A stretch of DNA of 64,000 bases from NCBI GenBank assembly GCA_046302855.1, contig JBKCHH010000005.1:26-64025 (forward strand), given 5' to 3'. The DNA comes from Alphaproteobacteria bacterium (GTDB taxonomy: Bacteria; Pseudomonadota; Alphaproteobacteria; Rickettsiales; UBA8987). Made by a program: the position numbers and the translations under genes. Positions 1-9,302 of the stretch are shown piece by piece. The notes under the pieces are model-generated. The model did not search any database, was not told the origin of the DNA, and saw nothing but the letters and a program-made list of their open reading frames with translations. Each line of letters opens with the position of its first letter. Positions within the stretch are counted from its first letter, which is position 1.

Positions 1-124
1 CCAACTTAAAAATCCATCGCGGACTATCAAAAACCAGAAAGAAAAACGCTATAAAATTCTTCCTAAAAAACTTCAAAAAAAAACCAAAATAGCACCACAC
101 TTATTTAATTATGCCAAGTTTTTC

Positions 125-236
125 CGCTCTAGTGCACCACGCTTTGCCCTTAAGGCTTCGCGTGGCGCAGCCATCCGAAACCGTTAGGCTGAAGCAGTGT
201 CCGTCGCAACTCGCAAGAGCGAAGACGGGCTGATGA
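125..236. repeat. G+C-rich structured segment downstream of hemC, possibly a divergent fragment of the palindromic element family
   Basis: G+C well above flanks. Nested stems include a ctcGCAAgag hairpin. Shares the aaggcttcg motif and a ...ctgatgac terminus with elements elsewhere in the window. Confidence 0.3.
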
Positions 237-253
237 CATATGCTCTAAGTGTA

Positions 254-1198
254 TCACCACCTTAATAAATTTCCAGCGTTTTTTGTTATTTCTTCAGCAG
301 AAATTTCGCACATTTCTTTAGCATCGCTTAAATTGCCTTGCTTTTTTACTTCGTAGCTCTCTGTTCCATCTTCTGAAAATAAAATTGCCTTGAAGGAAAA
401 TTTATCGTCATCCACAATTTTGCCAATGCCGGCTAAGGGCGTAACGCAAGAACCCTGCATTTTACGAAGAAAAGCCCGCTCTGCCTTTATCTCTAAAAAA
501 GATTCCTTATGGTTAATTTTTTCTAACATAGCAATTATATGCTGATTTTTTTCTAAACACTCTATGCCAATAGCACCCTGCCCAATGGCTGGCAGAATTT
601 CCGCTTCTGAGAAAATATATTTTATATGGGCAGTCATATCGCTTCTTTTAAGGCCGGCAAAGGCAAGTATTGTGGCATCCACCTGCTTTTCTTGCAGTTT
701 TTTTATGCGGGTGTGAATATTGCCCCTAAAAGGCACAATTTTTATATCATTCCTAATTCTTAGCATTTGAGCTTTTCGCCTTAGCGACGATGTGCCAATT
801 ACCGCACCCTTTGGTAATTCTTGTATGGAATTGGTATTTAGAGATATAAAGGCATCCCTTGCATCCTCCCTCTCCAAAATGCAGGCAATTTTCATTTTTT
901 CTGGTAGCTTATAGGGCATATCTTTCATTGAATGCACGGCTATGTCTATTTTGTTCTCGCTTAAAGCATCTTCCAGCTCTTTAGTAAAAAGCCCCTTGCC
1001 ACCAATGGTAGCCAAGTTTTTGTTAAATAATTTATCGCCCGTTGTTACAATTTTAACAATTTCAATTTGATTTTGCGTAAGCTCTGGATAAGCACCAAGA
1101 AGCCTGTTTTTAACCTCACTTGCTTGTGCAATAGCAAGCAGGCTGTTTCTTGTTCCAATTCTAATTTGGGCAGGGCATTTATTCACTTTTTTATTCAA
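254..1198 (-). CDS. hemC: porphobilinogen deaminase (hydroxymethylbilane synthase)
   Basis: HemC core IRIGTRNSLLAIAQA...GGKGLFTKELE...AVHSMKDMP. The first 74 codons of tracked ORF 254..1420 overlap tsaE and look non-coding. TTG at 1198 (or ATT at 1201) gives about 314 aa; the start is uncertain. Confidence 0.85.
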   Translation of the reverse strand: MNKKVNKCPAQIRIGTRNSLLAIAQASEVKNRLLGAYPELTQNQIEIVKIVTTGDKLFNKNLATIGGKGLFTKELEDALSENKIDIAVHSMKDMPYKLPEKMKIACILEREDARDAFISLNTNSIQELPKGAVIGTSSLRRKAQMLRIRNDIKIVPFRGNIHTRIKKLQEKQVDATILAFAGLKRSDMTAHIKYIFSEAEILPAIGQGAIGIECLEKNQHIIAMLEKINHKESFLEIKAERAFLRKMQGSCVTPLAGIGKIVDDDKFSFKAILFSEDGTESYEVKKQGNLSDAKEMCEISAEEITKNAGNLLRW

Positions 1199-1244
1199 AA
1201 TATTAGCTTTCCTGATAGAAAGAAATGAATAGTTTGCAAGTAAT

Positions 1245-1664
1245 ATGATTATTAAAAGTTTAAATGATTTAAAAAAATTCTTAAAAAGTTTCGCCAAACA
1301 AATATCTGGTAATGAAATTATTTTGCTAAAAGGTGGTTTAGGGCTTGGTAAAACTACTTTTGTAAAGGAGCTTTTAAAAATTCTGCACCCAAAACTTAAC
1401 CTTAGCGTAACTAGCCCCACCTTTACTATTTTGAACCTATATGAAGCAGAAAATAAAAAAATTTATCATTATGATTTGTATCGCATAAAATCAACAGCTG
1501 AACTTTATGAGATTGGCTTTTTTGATAATCTTGGTGAAGATTTAATTTTTATAGAATGGCCAGACTTAATAATTGATTACTTAAAAAAATCTAAATTAAA
1601 ATTCATAACTATAGAGTTAAAATTTGTTGGGGAAACAAGAGAGATTCTAATCAATGGCACTTAG
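1245..1664 (+). CDS. tsaE: tRNA t6A37 biosynthesis ATPase TsaE
   Basis: 139 aa. P-loop LKGGLGLGKTTFVKELL, then SPTFTI and YHYDLYR motifs typical of YjeE/TsaE. Confidence 0.85.
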   Translation: MIIKSLNDLKKFLKSFAKQISGNEIILLKGGLGLGKTTFVKELLKILHPKLNLSVTSPTFTILNLYEAENKKIYHYDLYRIKSTAELYEIGFFDNLGEDLIFIEWPDLIIDYLKKSKLKFITIELKFVGETREILINGT

Positions 1665-2376
1665 TGCCATGCACAAAAGGCGGATGCAAAAACAAGGTTA
1701 AAAAAGCAACCATAATTATTATTACGGCTAGAATTTTGGGCAAAATAATGGTGTTTTTTATTCTATCAATAATTTCTTTACCAACCACTCCGCTAGTTAC
1801 CATAGAGGGCAAGGTTCCAATACCAAAAAAAAGCATAATAATTCCACTACTTAATATATTATAATTTTGTAGGCTGGCGGAAGTGGTAAGGGCATAAAAA
1901 ATAGTGGAATAGACCATGCTGCAGGGCAACAAACCCCACACCATTCCGCTAAAAAACCAAGCTGGTTTGCTTTTGAATCTATCTAGCCTTGCCCCAATTT
2001 TGCTAACAGTTTTTTCTATTCTGCCAAAAAAACTAGTAAATAATTTTATGTTTGGCAAAAAATTTCCTATTTTAAAGGCAAGATACAAAAGGGTGAAACA
2101 GGCAATTAGCCTCAAGATACTTAAACCATAGCTTTGATTAATGTGGCCAACAAACTCTGCCCCTAAAAACCCCACCAAAATTCCAAACAACAGGTAAGAA
2201 AAAACTCTACCAAAATTATAGAGGAAAATTTTTATATAGTTCTTGTTCGCATTGGTAGTTATTCCAATGGAAGAGGCAATAGCCCCGCACATTCCAAGAC
2301 AGTGCAAACTAGCTGATAGCCCAAGTATCAACCCACTTAATGCATTTAAAGCTATTATGTAGATTTCTGGTGTCAT
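1651..2376 (-). CDS. polytopic membrane protein, DsbD_2 / TauE-SafE-like
   Basis: 241 aa with about 6-7 hydrophobic spans. HCLGMCGAIA and GLLPCSMVY motifs. 4-nt overlap with the upstream MetW-like ORF. Confidence 0.6.
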   Translation of the reverse strand: MTPEIYIIALNALSGLILGLSASLHCLGMCGAIASSIGITTNANKNYIKIFLYNFGRVFSYLLFGILVGFLGAEFVGHINQSYGLSILRLIACFTLLYLAFKIGNFLPNIKLFTSFFGRIEKTVSKIGARLDRFKSKPAWFFSGMVWGLLPCSMVYSTIFYALTTSASLQNYNILSSGIIMLFFGIGTLPSMVTSGVVGKEIIDRIKNTIILPKILAVIIIMVAFLTLFLHPPFVHGTKCH

Positions 2377-2990
2377 AACACCTTTCCCTCTTCCACCACA
2401 AAAACTCCGTATTTGCCAAATAGATTAGGGATGAATCTACCATCGCTAAAAAATGGTATGGTGGTTTTTCTTATTATATAATACTTGTTTAAAATTTTGT
2501 ATTTCAGTTCTTTTTTTAGCAGATGATACATATCGGTAATGGTGCAAAAGTGAATGTTTGGCGTTTCGTACCAAGCAAATGATAGGTCTTTGGTAACAGG
2601 CATTTTGCCCTTAATTCCAAGATAAAATCTATTTTGAATATAGCCAAAATTAGGAATCACAATAATAACCTTGTTTGCTATCCGCATTGCCTGCTCAATA
2701 ACCTGTTTGGGGTTTTTTGTTACCTGAGAGGTTTGGCACAAAATAGCGTAATCGAAGCGTTTGTTACCGTAATAATGCAAATCATTATCAGCATCACCTT
2801 GGATAACATTAAAACCTTTGCTTAATGCCTTGCCTACCTTTTCTGAATCTATATCTATGCCGTTTAGAGTAATATTTTTCTTTTTCTTAAGAAGGCTAAG
2901 CAATCTTCCCCCACCGCAACCAATATCTAGCACAGAAGAGTTATCTTCAATTAGCTTGTAGATTATTTTATGATCAGTTCTGGCTACCAT
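2373..2990 (-). CDS. MetW-like SAM-dependent methyltransferase
   Basis: 205 aa. LDIGCGGGRLL SAM motif and C-terminal KGKMPVTKDLSFAWYETPNIHFCTITD, closely matching MetW. No metX is adjacent. Confidence 0.7.
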   Translation of the reverse strand: MVARTDHKIIYKLIEDNSSVLDIGCGGGRLLSLLKKKKNITLNGIDIDSEKVGKALSKGFNVIQGDADNDLHYYGNKRFDYAILCQTSQVTKNPKQVIEQAMRIANKVIIVIPNFGYIQNRFYLGIKGKMPVTKDLSFAWYETPNIHFCTITDMYHLLKKELKYKILNKYYIIRKTTIPFFSDGRFIPNLFGKYGVFVVEEGKVL

Positions 2991-2996
2991 TATATA

Positions 2997-3323
2997 TTAT
3001 TTTTTTCGTAATTTATGATACAAGTCGCCAAATCTTTTAACAAAACTATCGTTTAACTTATCTATTGATAGAAACAATGAAACTAAACTTGCTATAAAAA
3101 TTTGTGTTTTCTTATCACTTAAATAAAATGGCAACTGATTAGAGTTTATTATAACCGTATATAATAAATCGGTACACATCATTACTGTTAAGAAAGAGGC
3201 GATAATCTCTACTAGGTCTAAAGTTCTAAAGTGTTGTTTAAGAGCTATACTTTTTATAATATTAAGAATTATCACAAGAGCTATAAAACTTAGTAAAATA
3301 TATAAAAGTTTTCCCTGAAACAT
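2997..3323 (-). CDS. hypothetical membrane protein
   Basis: 108 aa ORF with three hydrophobic segments and no recognisable motif. Confidence 0.4.
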   Translation of the reverse strand: MFQGKLLYILLSFIALVIILNIIKSIALKQHFRTLDLVEIIASFLTVMMCTDLLYTVIINSNQLPFYLSDKKTQIFIASLVSLFLSIDKLNDSFVKRFGDLYHKLRKK

Positions 3324-3330
3324 TTCTACA

Positions 3331-3546
3331 CTACTTGCTATTTTCCTTCTGCTCCATTTCAGCTAATATCCAGCCCAATAAACCACCCACTAAAGCCCCA
3401 ACTAAGCCCGGAATAATCATACTTCCTAAAAAAGCAGTGCCACCAGCAATAACCGCCTTGTAGGCAGTATCTTGAGTATAATCTTGATTTTTTGAAGAAT
3501 TTTTCCGCATAAGCCTGTTTATAGCACAAATATTAAAAATATGCAA
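3331..3546 (-). CDS. small glycine-zipper membrane protein (hypothetical)
   Basis: 71 aa. C-terminal GGTAFLGSMIIPGLVGALVGGLLGWIL. The start may be the internal Met at 3510. Confidence 0.4.
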   Translation of the reverse strand: MHIFNICAINRLMRKNSSKNQDYTQDTAYKAVIAGGTAFLGSMIIPGLVGALVGGLLGWILAEMEQKENSK

Positions 3547-3564
3547 ATTTTAAAATTATTTAGC

Positions 3565-5490
3565 TCAGTAGCTTGTTATAAAATCCAAAAAAATTTTTTT
3601 AGGAACATTTAAAATATCAATATCGGCAATGTTTTGTGGCTTATCATAACCAACATAAACGCCAACTACAACATCTGAATTGTAACCTATATACCAGCTA
3701 TCAAAATTTTCTCTTGTGATACCGTTTATGCCAACATATTGAATTTCATTAATTGCATCCTCAAAGTTTTTATTTAGATTTTCAATTTTGTTAGTTTCAA
3801 AAAGCTGGTCTTTTTTTATGATGGTTTTATACACAGTTTCGCCTTCGTTATCCTGCACAAAATTTATTGAGGTGAGGGGAATTTTTACGCCACTATTAGC
3901 AAAAACTAAAAATGCCTCAACAATATTTAGCAAACTTTCTTCGCTAGATTTAATTACTTTTGAATCATCTAAAAGTTCTTTTGTTAACAGCAAAAAGGGA
4001 TTAATTAAAGTGCCAAGTTTTCGCTTAGATAAGGCCCTGTTAAATTGGCTTTGCTGATAGTTAAAGCCACCAATAAGGGAAAGAATTTCCCCTGTTTTTG
4101 CATTTGCCACAATCATCGCCCCATTAATTATAGGAATCTGCACTGGCGTATAGGCCTTATTATTTTTCTGCACTAGAATTATATCGCCTAAAGATAGAAC
4201 CTCTTGAATGGGTTTGAGTGAAGATTGCTTTTCGCCATTTTCATCTATTACATAGTTTGTTTTATAGGCTCTTTTCATCCAATCAAATTCGTTTAAAGGG
4301 ATAACGGCAACCTTACCAGTGCTAAGACCAATTATTATCTCATTATTTTTTGCATCGATTCGCAAAATGGCGGCAATTTCCACATCGTCATTATATTTTA
4401 AACTGTTTAGGTGAGAAAATTTGTTTTTTAGCTCACTTTCCCACTCCACAAAATCATCCACCTTGCCAATTTTGCCTAAAAAACCAAATGATTTAGAATA
4501 GCTTACCAAGTTATCTTGAAAGGTTTTTAGGGCAAGTTTATGAGTTTTTTCATCTAGGGTAGAAAAAATACTTAAGGCGCCAGATTCTATTTTATTTTCA
4601 TCTAACTTGGTTCGTAATTCTTTTAAAAGAGCGTCTCTAAAATACTGCTTATCTGCAATTAGGGGAGACTTCTGCATATTGTTTTTTATCACCACCTTTT
4701 CATTTATGGCGTTGATGAATTCAGCATCTGAAATTAGATGATTTTCACGCATCATGTGCAAAATTATATTGCGTCTGTTAATGGCATTATCGTAATTTCT
4801 AATGGGGTTGAACTTTGATGGAGCCTTAGGAATGCCAGCCAGCAGGGCTATTTCTGCAATGGTTAAATCTTCTAGTTTCTTATCAAAATATTTTTTGGCA
4901 CTGCTTACCACGCCATAAGAGTTTGAGCCTAAAAAAGTATTATTCAAATAAATTTCTAAGATTTTTTCTTTAGAAAAACTTTGATTAATGCGGTTGGCAA
5001 GAATTGCCTCCTTTATTTTTCTCTCAAAGGTTTTATCTTGCGATAGAAAAATGTTTTTAGCAATCTGTTGCGTTATGGTAGAGCCACCCTGCAGGCTTCC
5101 TGTATCTAACTCTAGGGAGAGCTTTAGATTGTTAAAAATTGCCCGCAAGATGCCCTTAAAATCTAGCCCGCCATGTTCATAAAAGTTTCTATCTTCAGCT
5201 ATTAAAAAGGCATTTTGGATTGCTTTGGGGATATATTCTAGTGGCACAAAGGCTCGGTTATCCCGCCCAAAATCGTCAATTAGATTATAATTAGAGGTGT
5301 AGATTTTAGAAATTTTTTGCGGTTGCAGGGAATATAATATTCTGTGGTCTGGAATTTCACTATTAAAATAGGCAATAAGCACAATTATCGTGCTAATTAA
5401 CAGCAGTGCCAATAGCAAAAACACAGAGAAAATGCCTTTTAACAGACGGAATTTCGGGCGGTATTTATTGTTATTCTTTCTTTTAGGCAT
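3565..5490 (-). CDS. class A PBP-like protein: intact GT51 transglycosylase domain, degenerate transpeptidase domain
   Basis: 641 aa with an N-terminal TM anchor. GT51 motifs EDRNFYEHGG, GGSTITQQIAKN and RKIKEA are present. At the expected SxxK position it reads LGTLINPF, and the KTG-equivalent reads GINGIT. Confidence 0.8.
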   Translation of the reverse strand: MPKRKNNNKYRPKFRLLKGIFSVFLLLALLLISTIIVLIAYFNSEIPDHRILYSLQPQKISKIYTSNYNLIDDFGRDNRAFVPLEYIPKAIQNAFLIAEDRNFYEHGGLDFKGILRAIFNNLKLSLELDTGSLQGGSTITQQIAKNIFLSQDKTFERKIKEAILANRINQSFSKEKILEIYLNNTFLGSNSYGVVSSAKKYFDKKLEDLTIAEIALLAGIPKAPSKFNPIRNYDNAINRRNIILHMMRENHLISDAEFINAINEKVVIKNNMQKSPLIADKQYFRDALLKELRTKLDENKIESGALSIFSTLDEKTHKLALKTFQDNLVSYSKSFGFLGKIGKVDDFVEWESELKNKFSHLNSLKYNDDVEIAAILRIDAKNNEIIIGLSTGKVAVIPLNEFDWMKRAYKTNYVIDENGEKQSSLKPIQEVLSLGDIILVQKNNKAYTPVQIPIINGAMIVANAKTGEILSLIGGFNYQQSQFNRALSKRKLGTLINPFLLLTKELLDDSKVIKSSEESLLNIVEAFLVFANSGVKIPLTSINFVQDNEGETVYKTIIKKDQLFETNKIENLNKNFEDAINEIQYVGINGITRENFDSWYIGYNSDVVVGVYVGYDKPQNIADIDILNVPKKIFLDFITSY

Positions 5491-5570
5491 TTCTACTTGA
5501 ACCTTAATATAGTTTTTAAGCTATGATGAGAAGCTATTAATATCAATAGTAAAAAATTTGGTTGTGAGGG

Positions 5571-6914
5571 CTAAATGCTAATCCTTTTCACAACCTCATC
5601 CACGCCTAAAATTTTGATTAGTTCAGAAAGGGAGGGGCCTTCTTCTATGCCAATAAGGGCTTTTCTAAGCGGAATACCAAGCTCTTTGAATTTTAGATTA
5701 TGGTCTTTTAAATAGGTTTTTATGAACTGCTCTGGATTTTCTAAAAAACTGCTTTGGTGCTTTGCTAGATAATGGCTAAACTGTTGAATAATAGGCTTTT
5801 CTTGTGCAGAGATTTCTAATTTTTCAAAATTGCCTTCTATTAAGTTTGTAACCAGTTGCTTTAGCTCATTTAGGTTCTTTACTCTGTCTTTAAATAGGTT
5901 GATTGCTTGCAGAGTTTTATCATCATCTAATAGGTTAGATAATTTAGCCAAGCTATTGTTATCACTATTTTTTATATAGTGATGATTCAAAAAATGCAGT
6001 TTTTCTAAATTAAACATTGCAGGGGCGGAGCCTAAGCCTTCTAAGGAAAATAGCTCTATGGCCTGCTGTTTGGAAAAGATTTCATCATCGCCATGCCCCC
6101 AGCCAAGGCGAAGCAGATAGTTAAACATCGCTTCTGGCAAGATGCCCATATGTTTATAATCTATAAGGCTAGTAGCACCGTGCCTTTTGGATAGTTTGGC
6201 ACCATCACTGCCGTGAATTAGGGGAATGTGGCAGGTTTGAGGCATGTGCCAGTTCATAGCATCATAGATAATTTTTTGGCGGAAGCTGTTGGTAAAGTGG
6301 TCATCACCGCGGATTATGTGGGTAATTTGCATATCAAAATCATCCACCACTACCGAGTGCATATAGGTGGGCGTGCCATCTGAACGAAGGATTATAAAAT
6401 CATCCAGCTCTTCTGCCCGCACCCTTACTTCACCCTTTATGGCATCATTTATAACTACCTCACCGTTTAGAGGTGCCTTTATGCGGATGGAAGGCTGGAC
6501 CGTTTGCTGAATGGTTTTTGATGGCTCTGCATCCCGCCACTTTCTATCATATTTATAAACTCTACCTTCTTGCTCTGCCTTCTCTCTTTTTTCTTTTAGC
6601 TCATGTTCGGTTTCGTAGCAGTAGTATGCCTTGCCTTGTTTTAATAGTTCAATAGCAACTTGTTTGTGCCTTGCTTCCGCCTGGGATTGTATATAGGCAT
6701 CCCCATCCCAATCTAGCCCCAGCCATTTTAGCCCTTCATAGATGGCATTAATTGCCTGAAGAGTTGAGCGTTTTTTATCTGTATCTTCAACTCTCAGCAA
6801 AAACTTGCCATTATTTCTTTTAGCAAAAAGATAATTAAACAAGGCGGTTCTTGCCCCACCAATATGAAGATAACCAGTGGGCGAGGGGGCGAAGCGAACT
6901 GTTATATTAGTCAT
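5571..6914 (-). CDS. gltX: glutamyl-tRNA synthetase
   Basis: 447 aa. Class I signatures HIGGARTALFNY and KLSKR. Confidence 0.9.
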   Translation of the reverse strand: MTNITVRFAPSPTGYLHIGGARTALFNYLFAKRNNGKFLLRVEDTDKKRSTLQAINAIYEGLKWLGLDWDGDAYIQSQAEARHKQVAIELLKQGKAYYCYETEHELKEKREKAEQEGRVYKYDRKWRDAEPSKTIQQTVQPSIRIKAPLNGEVVINDAIKGEVRVRAEELDDFIILRSDGTPTYMHSVVVDDFDMQITHIIRGDDHFTNSFRQKIIYDAMNWHMPQTCHIPLIHGSDGAKLSKRHGATSLIDYKHMGILPEAMFNYLLRLGWGHGDDEIFSKQQAIELFSLEGLGSAPAMFNLEKLHFLNHHYIKNSDNNSLAKLSNLLDDDKTLQAINLFKDRVKNLNELKQLVTNLIEGNFEKLEISAQEKPIIQQFSHYLAKHQSSFLENPEQFIKTYLKDHNLKFKELGIPLRKALIGIEEGPSLSELIKILGVDEVVKRISI

Positions 6915-6957
6915 AATAAATAAGCAAAAAGTTTAGGCATAAAAATAAAAACGGATC

Positions 6958-7096
6958 GTTATTGCGAGGAGTCAAAATTTATTTTTGGCGACAAAGCAAT
7001 CCATAAGCAAGGTAGAGTTTAGTTTTCAGAAATAGTTATTGCAAGAAAAACCATTTTTGTGGATTGCCACGCTCGCTAAAGCTCGCTCGCAATGAC
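6958..7096. repeat. palindromic MITE/RPE-like element, type A
   Basis: Termini gttattgcgagg...ctcgcaatgac. Core caatccataagcaaggtagag...tgtggattgccac is shared with the copies at 15954, 17539, 23706 and 56906. Confidence 0.8.
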
Positions 7097-7102
7097 GATA
7101 TG

Positions 7103-7147
7103 TAAAAAAATAGGGTTGCTTTTAAGAAAACTTAAAGCCAACCCTAT
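7103..7147 (-). terminator. Rho-independent terminator of the pilin-like gene
   Basis: On the minus strand, stem tagggttg/caacccta is followed by a T7 run, about 30 nt after the stop at 7179. Confidence 0.55.
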
Positions 7148-7178
7148 CTTAAAGAACTTTTATAATTTATAATAAATA

Positions 7179-7964
7179 CTAGAAACCAATTTTAGTAGCT
7201 ATTATACAACCTGGTATTATAGCAGATGCGTTAGCAGTAGTATTAGCTTCATCTACATAATAGTCTGTAGGAGCAGGAGCAGTACCAACTACTGCACAAT
7301 TAGCTACCGTGGCAGACATTGGGGTACTAACTACACCACTAGCAGTTGTGGCGGAAGTTACAAAAAATGTACCAGTATGCGGTTTTGCATCATCTATTTT
7401 ACTATCTAAAGCATATGATTCTGAACCAGAAAGACCGCTAGTGCCAGTTAAAGCATCTACCCCCGTATAGGAATTGCTCGCAGCTACATAGGTTGGAGTT
7501 GTACCAAATATTAGATAGTTTGCGGTTGTTGTGCTACCAGAGTTTAACAAAAGACCAGAAGATTTCCTAACTTTTGCAGGTATAACATTCGCGGCATTAG
7601 GTGCAGTATCTTGTATTAAGCCAGCCAAGAAAAGCGACTGAAAAGCAACATTAGCTTCTGTTCCGGCGGTCTGTACAACACCCTCAATAAACCCATCCCC
7701 ATCTGGGGTTGTTGTTGCAGCAATAGTGCTAAAAAATCTGGTAGGATTTGGTAAATCACCCGGTAAAAAGCTGTATTTTGTTTGGAAAGCACCAATTGAA
7801 GTTTTTATCTCTTCAATTTGGCGTAATTGACCCCTTACTTTTGCTTGGGCTATTAGAGCTTGCCCAGCAAGCACACCTGAAACTATTAAGCCAATTATTA
7901 CTAGAACTATAGAAAGCTCTACCAGTGTAAAACCTGCCTGGTTTTTTTGTTTATTGATATTCAT
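7179..7964 (-). CDS. type IV pilin / pseudopilin-like protein with prepilin N-terminal methylation motif
   Basis: 261 aa. N-terminus KNQAGFTLVELSIVLVIIGLIV (G/F cleavage site, Glu5). Thr/Ala/Gly-rich body and a C-terminal Cys pair (NCAVVG...PGCII). TAGGAG RBS. Confidence 0.75.
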   Translation of the reverse strand: MNINKQKNQAGFTLVELSIVLVIIGLIVSGVLAGQALIAQAKVRGQLRQIEEIKTSIGAFQTKYSFLPGDLPNPTRFFSTIAATTTPDGDGFIEGVVQTAGTEANVAFQSLFLAGLIQDTAPNAANVIPAKVRKSSGLLLNSGSTTTANYLIFGTTPTYVAASNSYTGVDALTGTSGLSGSESYALDSKIDDAKPHTGTFFVTSATTASGVVSTPMSATVANCAVVGTAPAPTDYYVDEANTTANASAIIPGCIIATKIGF

Positions 7965-8042
7965 AAATTATTCTCCTAAAAAGGGTTGATTACACCCTAC
8001 TGTTATTACAAGTATTTATATATGCAAGCTATTTTTTAGTTT

Positions 8043-9302
8043 ATGACCTTCAATTACAAAAAACACCTCCATCACCTTTGGTTACCATATAGTAATGGGG
8101 TTGATGAGCCGATTTTGCAACCTATCAAAAGGGCAAGGGGCGTGCATTTAACCAATTATAAGAATGAGAAGATAATTGATGGCATTTCTTCTTGGTGGTG
8201 TGTATCGCACGGGCATAACCATCCACACATTGTTAAGGCTATAAAAAGCCAGCTAAAAGATTTTTCGCACATTATGTTTGGCAACCTTGCCCATAAGCCG
8301 GCTTATCTTTTGGCAGAAAAATTAATAGGGCTAATTGGTAGTGGTATTAAGAGAGTATTTTATAGTGATTCCGGCTCAGTAGCGGTAGAAGTGGCGTTGA
8401 AGATGGCGGTGCAGTATTATACTAATCAAGGCTTTGTTAACAAAACAAAATTCATTCATTTTGAAAATGGCTATCATGGGGAAACCCTTGGCGCAATGAG
8501 CGTATCACAAGGTTTTGGTAATTTTCAAACTAGCCTTGGCAATTTTGTTCCGCAAAACTTTTGTTTAAAAATTCCAAATTCAGATAAAGATTTTGCTCAG
8601 TTTGAAGAATTCTTGCATAAAAACCACGGGCAAATTGCAGGGCTAATTATTGAGCCTTTGGTGCAGGGTGCTGGTGGTTTTAAATTCCACAGCAAAGAAA
8701 CTTTAGAAAAAATATTTAGCATCACCAAAAAATACGATATTTTATTTATTCTAGATGAAATTATGGTGGGGTTTTTAAAGCTGGGCAAAAGCCTGTTTGC
8801 TTTTCAGCAAACTAATATTCAGCCAGATATAATATGTTTAAGCAAGGGTTTAACTGGCGGAGCATTGCCCCTTGCCATTACTGCTGTGAGGGAGGAAATA
8901 TACAAACAGTTTTCATCAAAAGATGGAGAGAAAACCTTTAATCACGGTGGCACCTTTATGGCAAACCCGCTTGCCTGTAGCGCCGCCATTGCCTCACTTG
9001 AATTGTTTGCAGGGGAGAAAAGAAAAAACCAAGTGGCAAAAATTGAGGAGCAGTTGAAATTAGGGCTGAAGCCCAACGCCAAAATCAAAGAAATCCGCAT
9101 TCAGGGGGCAATTGGCGTTCTGGAGTTAAAAACCAGCAACCCAAAAATAATCCACAAATTAAGGGAAAAGTTCTTGTATGAACAGCTGGTGCTAATTCGC
9201 CCCTTTGCTAATGTTATTTACTTAATGCCTCCATTTATTATAAGGGAAGGGGAACTAGAAAAATTAATCAAAGCCATATATAAGGTGCTTGATGAAATCT
9301 AA
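8043..9302 (+). CDS. bioA: adenosylmethionine-8-amino-7-oxononanoate aminotransferase
   Basis: 419 aa. SSWWCVSHGHNHPHI, DEIMVGF, and PLP-lysine context LSKGLTGG. Confidence 0.85.
   Translation: MTFNYKKHLHHLWLPYSNGVDEPILQPIKRARGVHLTNYKNEKIIDGISSWWCVSHGHNHPHIVKAIKSQLKDFSHIMFGNLAHKPAYLLAEKLIGLIGSGIKRVFYSDSGSVAVEVALKMAVQYYTNQGFVNKTKFIHFENGYHGETLGAMSVSQGFGNFQTSLGNFVPQNFCLKIPNSDKDFAQFEEFLHKNHGQIAGLIIEPLVQGAGGFKFHSKETLEKIFSITKKYDILFILDEIMVGFLKLGKSLFAFQQTNIQPDIICLSKGLTGGALPLAITAVREEIYKQFSSKDGEKTFNHGGTFMANPLACSAAIASLELFAGEKRKNQVAKIEEQLKLGLKPNAKIKEIRIQGAIGVLELKTSNPKIIHKLREKFLYEQLVLIRPFANVIYLMPPFIIREGELEKLIKAIYKVLDEI

Noticed and set aside
1199-1420. N-terminal 74 codons of tracked ORF 254..1420, which would make a 388-aa HemC overlapping tsaE
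   Set aside because: This segment has no HemC similarity, is antisense to the well-supported tsaE start region, and would give an atypical length. An internal TTG/ATT start just before the conserved IRIGTRNS block fits better.
1652-1670. TGGCAC-tta-GTGCCA palindrome at the tsaE / membrane-protein junction as a sigma54 element
   Set aside because: No TTGC follows at the right spacing. It lies within overlapping convergent coding ends and is more likely a simple hairpin.
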